Below, piece after piece: positions 58,661 to 64,000 of a stretch of DNA of 64,000 nucleotides. A program made the position numbers and the translations under genes. Source of the DNA: Rhodosorus marinus CCMP1338 (lineage: Eukaryota; Plantae; Rhodophyta); assembly GCA_029953675.1 (NCBI GenBank), contig JAMWBK010000008.1, positions 1,178,001 through 1,242,000 of the forward strand. The letters are read 5' to 3'. The notes beneath the pieces were generated by a model. That model was not told the origin of the DNA. It made no database searches and was given only the letters and a program-made list of their open reading frames with translations. Each line of letters begins with the position of its first letter. The first letter of the stretch is position 1.

Positions 58661-59615
58661 CTATTCAGTGAGTGTTGGAAAGTATTTTCGAAGCAATTGC
58701 CTTGTCTGCTTAGCCGACTGGAACTTCAGCGCATCTAGATATCCAATGTCAAGAGCCCCAGCACAATTGCTGCTTCGGTCATCAATCAAAACGCCTAATT
58801 GCAATTGGAAGGCCTCGACTTAGGAAGATGTATCAAATTGGACCTTTTTCGCTATGGGAAACTCACAGTCACTAGGCAAGCAGCCAAGACAGTCAGCGGC
58901 GAGGAGAAAAGCCTCCGGTTCTGGTTTCCTCGCATGCATTTGACAGCTGATAAATGACCATTCCGCGTACTTTGAAAGATAAAGCTCTTCTTCCACCATC
59001 TTCCACCAAACGGGGTAGTTTGTGAACAAGTGCATTTCAGCTCCCATGCTGTGCAGCTCGCTCATCTGATCCATGCCAGCAGAGTATCAGACCAAGATTG
59101 AACACACCGGCAGGAGAGTCACCGAAATAGGGAAACAAGGGTAAAATGCGTGAGGGTTGACGACAATGTGGAAGGCTCAAGTCGTGACTCGCTTCGAAAA
59201 CGGAACCTATCCAGTTCTACAATGCGAGTAAGAACTACCACCTTACCAGGTCTTCCATGCCATCAACCCAGGAGTAGGTTTCCCTCATGTACGAGCCGAA
59301 TTTCTCAACGTCCACCTTCCTCTTGTCCTTGAAAAAATTGTTCCAAAACCTGTCCTCACTCATATTCCCTAGTTCAAATGGAATCCACGTGTCTGGATCT
59401 TTGGCCGTAAGAAAGTCTTCGTGCTCGGTGAAGCCGAAGTGTTCATACATAGACACAGTAAAAGGATCAACAACTAGAGTGTCCATGACGTCTACAAGTA
59501 GCACAGGTTGTCGACCCGCGGCATTATTCATGATTGTCATGCACCTGACGCGTCTTCGCGAGAGCGCGTTCGCAACTTTCCGCCTAAGTCCCCCAGGAGC
59601 TTGCAAGAAGCACAT
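58661..59615 (-). CDS. HAD-superfamily hydrolase of the plastid FMN hydrolase (FHY1-like) type, 3 exons
   Basis: LLVDVMDTLVVDPF, KDPDTWIPFELG, YSWVDGM, FTNYPVW, SC..H.RKPEP and VLIDDRSSN, plus an N-terminal transit-like peptide. Confidence 0.87.
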
Positions 59616-60400
59616 TCTCTCCCGTCACAAATCAACCTGGGCAGTCAGTCCGAAGTAAACACTGGCTCATACTATAAGCCTGCCTTTCTCAGATTTTGTG
59701 CGCAAGTCCGTTTCACTTAAGCCCAGTATTCTGAAGCACATCCTGTCGAAAGAGCTTTCGCTGCTATGTGCGCATCCCCCAGACCTTCCCGTTGGGAAAT
59801 TCGGCTGAATAGCGTGGTGCGAGCGAGGTCCATCTGAATCTGATTTCACCTCGATCTTTCTTTTGAAGATGGTGTTCGTGCTTTCATGAAGCGCATAGCT
59901 TATGCGGTTCCCCAGGCTAACGTATAGCATAAGTTTTCGTTTAAAACGGCACGAACCTAATGCTAAGAATGCCGTGTAGACCTCACGAAACAATCATTCC
60001 AATCATTGGCAGGTAAATTTTTAGCTCAAGCCGTATCCCCGAAACCACACGAGATGTGCGCATTTGACGAAGCCCTCTCGTATCCGTCCATACCAAGCCC
60101 AGGGCTGGTGGCAGAAGGGACAGGGAGACGCGTGTCTGATCCGAAAGCCGAGGTCGTGGAGCGAATATTTAATTGCCATTGACCTTCTCGGACGGACGGC
60201 TGCCTAAGGCTCTCACCGCGATGGCGCAGTGCGCACCTGGCTAGAGATTGATTATAGGAGGATATCACGTAGGACGGGTTATTGGATATGAGGAACCCGG
60301 AAAGACGCTTGAAAGCGAAGAGGTAGATTGGAGTTTGGTCGTTTCGATAGCGCACGACGTACTTAGGGTTGTGCTTACAGTGTCTTTGTTGCAGAGAAAC

Positions 60401-61819
60401 ATGAGACAGCCCAGAATTCTGCGAGTGACGAAGCATGGGGCAAGCACTGGTTGGCTCGAGGTGCAAACGGCATTTCAGAGAGCCGAGTTCATTGCGTTGG
60501 ACACAGAGTTCACGGGTTTGCCGGTTTCCGACAAAAGGATAAGGGCCGAAGACATGGAAGAGCGTTACGCAGGTATAAGGGAGTCGATCATGTCTAGAGC
60601 GATCTTACAGCTCGGAGTTTCAATTTTTATGAGGTCGGATCCTGTTGAGGACGTTGGTGCCAACTCGATGTGTCTGACCGTTAGGACTTTCGAGTTTCTT
60701 CTTTGCCGTGAAGGGGATTTCACAATCTCATCTGCAGCTGGGGAGTTTTTGGCGGACCATGGCTTTGATTTCAACTCAATGTTTCAATCGGGGATTCCTT
60801 ATACGCCAGTCTCCATGAGAACGGACTCTGGTCCAAAGAGAAGCGGCACAGCCTCGTCCATCTCCAGTACAAAACGAAAGCCTGCGGCTACGAATAGGCC
60901 CTCCAACGAGCCCACTAGAAAGAAGAGGAAACATCGAGAGTCAGAACGCACCAATCCCGCCGGGCAAGTTAATTCATGGCGACCTCTTCCAGCAGGATTT
61001 CTGCTTAGACTTGGATTGTTGGGGGTTCCGATCGTCGTTCACAACGGGCTCTACGACTTGCTCTTCCTGTACGACGCGTTTGAGGACTCTCTGCCGGAAA
61101 GCCTCCAGTCCTTCATAAGAGCCATTTCTTCGCTGGTTCCATCGCTTTATGATACAAAAGTACTCGCAGAGAGTGTTCTTGGACAGAAGATGTCCAATCT
61201 TGCATATCTCTTCGCGAAATGCATAAGACGTCAGGAAACAATGGACACAACTATCTTTACTCGCGATAGAGGCGGAGTACTTGAATGTAATGAAGCACGT
61301 TTACCTTTTGATCCTGCCGTCCTCTATCAGGAGAAAGAAGCTCAAACTGAGAAAGGAGGGGGTGGCGTCAAGGAGGGAAGGCCTACTCTCTGTCCCCGGT
61401 TTCTAAAGCGCGGACTCTGCGGCAAAGGTTGTTGTAGGTTTTCACATGACGTGGAGATGCTTGTTGACATTGAACTTGCAAGACAGAAATGTTCTACTAT
61501 GCAAGAGGTGGTCGAAAACAAAGCGCATGGATCAAGGGATTCAGGACAAGGGGTTGCTCGTACTAGTGATGTTAATATGTCAGACCGACTTTTGCGCGTG
61601 GACGGCAGGGAGGCAACTGAACTAGCAAAAACTCAACTTCCTCCTACTGGTGGGGCACATGCGGCTGGATATGATGCCTTTTGCACCGGCTTTGTGTTTG
61701 CAAGCATTCGCGCAATGTCGAATGCCCCAGAGATTGAGCTACACAGGAACCAGATATTTATTTCGGGCAAAAATAGGCCTCTATTGCTTCAGCCAAGCCG
61801 GTTCGTGGACTTGACCTGA
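60401..61819 (+). CDS. TOE1: CAF1-family deadenylase with a CCCH zinc finger (TOE1/Caf1z-like), intronless
   Basis: FIALDTEFTGL, VVHNGLYDLLFLY, YDTK, CPRFLKRGLCGKGCCRFSHD (C3H1) and HAAGYDAFCTG (DEDD motifs). Confidence 0.88.
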   Translation: MRQPRILRVTKHGASTGWLEVQTAFQRAEFIALDTEFTGLPVSDKRIRAEDMEERYAGIRESIMSRAILQLGVSIFMRSDPVEDVGANSMCLTVRTFEFLLCREGDFTISSAAGEFLADHGFDFNSMFQSGIPYTPVSMRTDSGPKRSGTASSISSTKRKPAATNRPSNEPTRKKRKHRESERTNPAGQVNSWRPLPAGFLLRLGLLGVPIVVHNGLYDLLFLYDAFEDSLPESLQSFIRAISSLVPSLYDTKVLAESVLGQKMSNLAYLFAKCIRRQETMDTTIFTRDRGGVLECNEARLPFDPAVLYQEKEAQTEKGGGGVKEGRPTLCPRFLKRGLCGKGCCRFSHDVEMLVDIELARQKCSTMQEVVENKAHGSRDSGQGVARTSDVNMSDRLLRVDGREATELAKTQLPPTGGAHAAGYDAFCTGFVFASIRAMSNAPEIELHRNQIFISGKNRPLLLQPSRFVDLT

Positions 61820-62049
61820 AGGCGGTAGCGGGAATGCTGCAAATTGCATAATCATGACCGGAGTTCGCTGAGGTTTTTTTTTGCGTTCTTAGACAATGCT
61901 GCCTTCAGATTCACAAGAATTGCAAATTTGAAAAGAGAACAGCATGAGTTCTACGACTTACGCTGAGGTTACGATCGGCTAGTCGACTTTCGAGATGTCT
62001 TTCGGACGCTATGATCGTTCTCCATTTCCTCAATTTTGCTGACACACTA

Positions 62050-63240
62050 AATAACTGACTTGAGAAAAGACTATGCGCTTAAAATCGCACCGTCAGCTGC
62101 TGGCCGGTATTCAAGCTTTTCTCTAGTAAGGACCCAGACTGCAACCCCTGACTCCTCTATCTTCAATGGTTTGCCCTCATCCATTCTGAGCCGAACTAAT
62201 TCCAGGAAGCCTGCTGCAGCACCAGACCTCGAGAGAGCATTGCAGAGTTCTACTTGTTCCTAGTTCCGCTTGCATACATTTTATGATAGCCAAAACCCCC
62301 AAGCCAGTCCTCTCCCCTCGACCGCGCCTGACTAGCATAGTACATAAATTCGTACCATAAAATCTTACGTGACAACAGGAAAAGCCAAAATTGAAGTCAT
62401 CCAGATTTGCATCATCGCTTTCCATGTATCGGGAAGGCTGATTCCTAGTAAAAGTAAGGACGAGCAAAAAGCAACGCAGTCCTTTTTTGGTCTCAGGAGA
62501 GACTGTCCCTGCGACAACCCGTCCCATCCGCTAATCTCCAAAAAGCTCCCCTGCACATTTCGGGCTCCTGTCCCAGGTGTCAATAGCGTCTCCGAGAGTT
62601 GGAAACAAACGCCAGGGACGTTCAATACTCATCAGCTCCTTCGCATCGTCTATTGTTCGCTAGCTTCGTCAGTTGGCGAGTAGCGCAAAAGTGACAATGC
62701 CCAGACGAGCGGCAACACGAGGTTCCAACCCCGGTATAGCTCCTGGGAGGAGGTTCTCGCGTCGGTTGGAAGCCCGGATATCCCAGGCTCTCCTGCTGCG
62801 GTGAGTTTGGACATCGGTGAGATGGTTGCTGAGAACGGCATCCGTTTTGCTGAAGTCTACAATATTGTCGACACTGCCGATATGATTGCTGAAGACCCCG
62901 AGGCTCCCTGAAAGGCCCAATCGCGGCTTTCACCCGCGAGGGTGCTCCAGGACCGATGTACTACAGAAATTCCTGTCGTAGGACATGCATCGGGACTTTG
63001 AGCTGCGTGTGGGACTGCGCTTATATCTGGGTCTCCCATCCAGCCGCTTCTCCCGTGAGTGCTGCACGGCAACGAAGACTGACATCTTTTCTGTGAGTTG
63101 GTAGAGGTGGATAGCCTTCTCCACCTCGACAAACGATAGGTCCACGCTTGTCCTGCCGTTGTACTTGGACACCGCGTGGACCTTGGTCCTCCAATAGCGG
63201 GGATCCTCGTAATATCACAAGGAAATCTCAGGTTGCTGAA
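62050..63240 (-). mobile_element. Decayed Ty3/Gypsy reverse transcriptase-RNase H region
   Basis: ORFs 62930-63172, 62669-62920 and 62177-62527 share one frame broken by stops. Traces: LRFPCDI, SVDL, RLGLSGSLGVF (PFGL..AP..F), SVDNIVDFSKT...NHL (YxDD region), ERTGLGV..I.....ELG and LEYRPA.....LS (RNase H end). Confidence 0.6.
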
Positions 63241-63610
63241 AGTAGAATACGCCTCTGAGCAAAAAGCGCTCGAAGGGACTTCGCTTAATAGTGTCATGGT
63301 CATAATGATTGATTTGTGAAGGCGGAAACTCCGCCTCTTCCAATAAGCCAAGATGGCGATACTATCATTATTGATTGATTTACTCAGTTCCCTCCAGTTA
63401 CAAAGGTAAATAAACGGTTAGCGATTCACTGCCTCCAGGCATTATGTGGAACCCAGGTCCTAGACTTCTCCCGCGCCTCCTCTCTCCCCCCCCCCGGCTT
63501 ACCCCGATCATTGAGTGCTTTGGGTTCATGGACTCTGTTGGTTCTCGCTGGCTTCGGGAGTTGTTCCGCGAACGCCCTGACCGTCTTCAATCGTTGTTTA
63601 CCCGCTTAAG

Positions 63611-63820
63611 TTTCCTGCTGTGGCGCATGAATGCCGCTTTGATGTTGGAGGCGCGAGTACTTCGCCGCGCTTAGTCTTTTTTTCCCCTCGGGGTTTTTTT
63701 TTCAGCCTCCGATTAAACCATTCGTTCGTTTCGATTAGGCTATCTACTAGAACCAACCAAGAAGTTAATAATTCGACAGCCTTAATTAGGTTTCCCGCGG
63801 TGGCGCATGAGCCCTGCTTA
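63611..63820. repeat. Short degenerate direct repeat with a 180-bp period
   Basis: tttcctgctgtggcgcatga..c.gctt at 63611 and tttcccgcggtggcgcatga..c.gctt at 63791. Confidence 0.55.
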
Positions 63821-64000
63821 ATAATCAATCATTTCATTTTCTATAATTTACTAGAAAACTGGTTGTTGGTTTTTTCTGGCAGATCAGCAGATTGCTTTAC
63901 AACTAATCCGCAGGGTAAGAATAGCCCAGGCGGCGATGGTAGGCCTCGGCAAGCGTGCTACTAGAGTATCGCCAAGGAGCGACTCTGAAAAGGCGTAGGA

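Overview
Eukaryotic nuclear DNA, about 50% GC, compact, with many short GT-AG introns (about 65-190 bp). It is most likely a red alga. This is inferred from plastid-targeted genes with M-x(1-5)-AF[VI]-type transit peptides (pyruvate kinase, FTR variable chain, PsbP-domain protein) and a hAT-like transposase relic of a type I recall from red algae and oomycetes. I assembled about 22 protein genes by hand from the exons: PP2A A and B'' subunits, RPL35A, PSTK, plastid PK, a SnRK/CIPK-like kinase, snurportin, a HORMA protein, ACBP-like, ALG5-like, GLTP, ubinuclein/HPC2, HPPD, an FMN-hydrolase-type HAD and TOE1, among others. The larger intergenic gaps hold heavily decayed retrotransposon and DNA-transposon relics recognised only from motif traces. 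The main discovery is one spliced gene (15204-17590, minus strand) that joins a ubiquitin-like domain and a Gly/Met-rich STI1-like region (ubiquilin-type N-terminus, no UBA) in frame to a bacterial Mip/FkpA-type FKBP (FKBP_N + FKBP_C) whose active site looks degenerate. Other oddities are an EF-hand-like insertion in plastid PK, a putative SAM-like tail on the kinase, pseudoenzyme-like ALG5 and ACBP proteins, a 1-bp gap between the convergent snurportin and HORMA stop codons, and two long DNA hairpins. All homology calls come from recalled motifs; no database searches were run.
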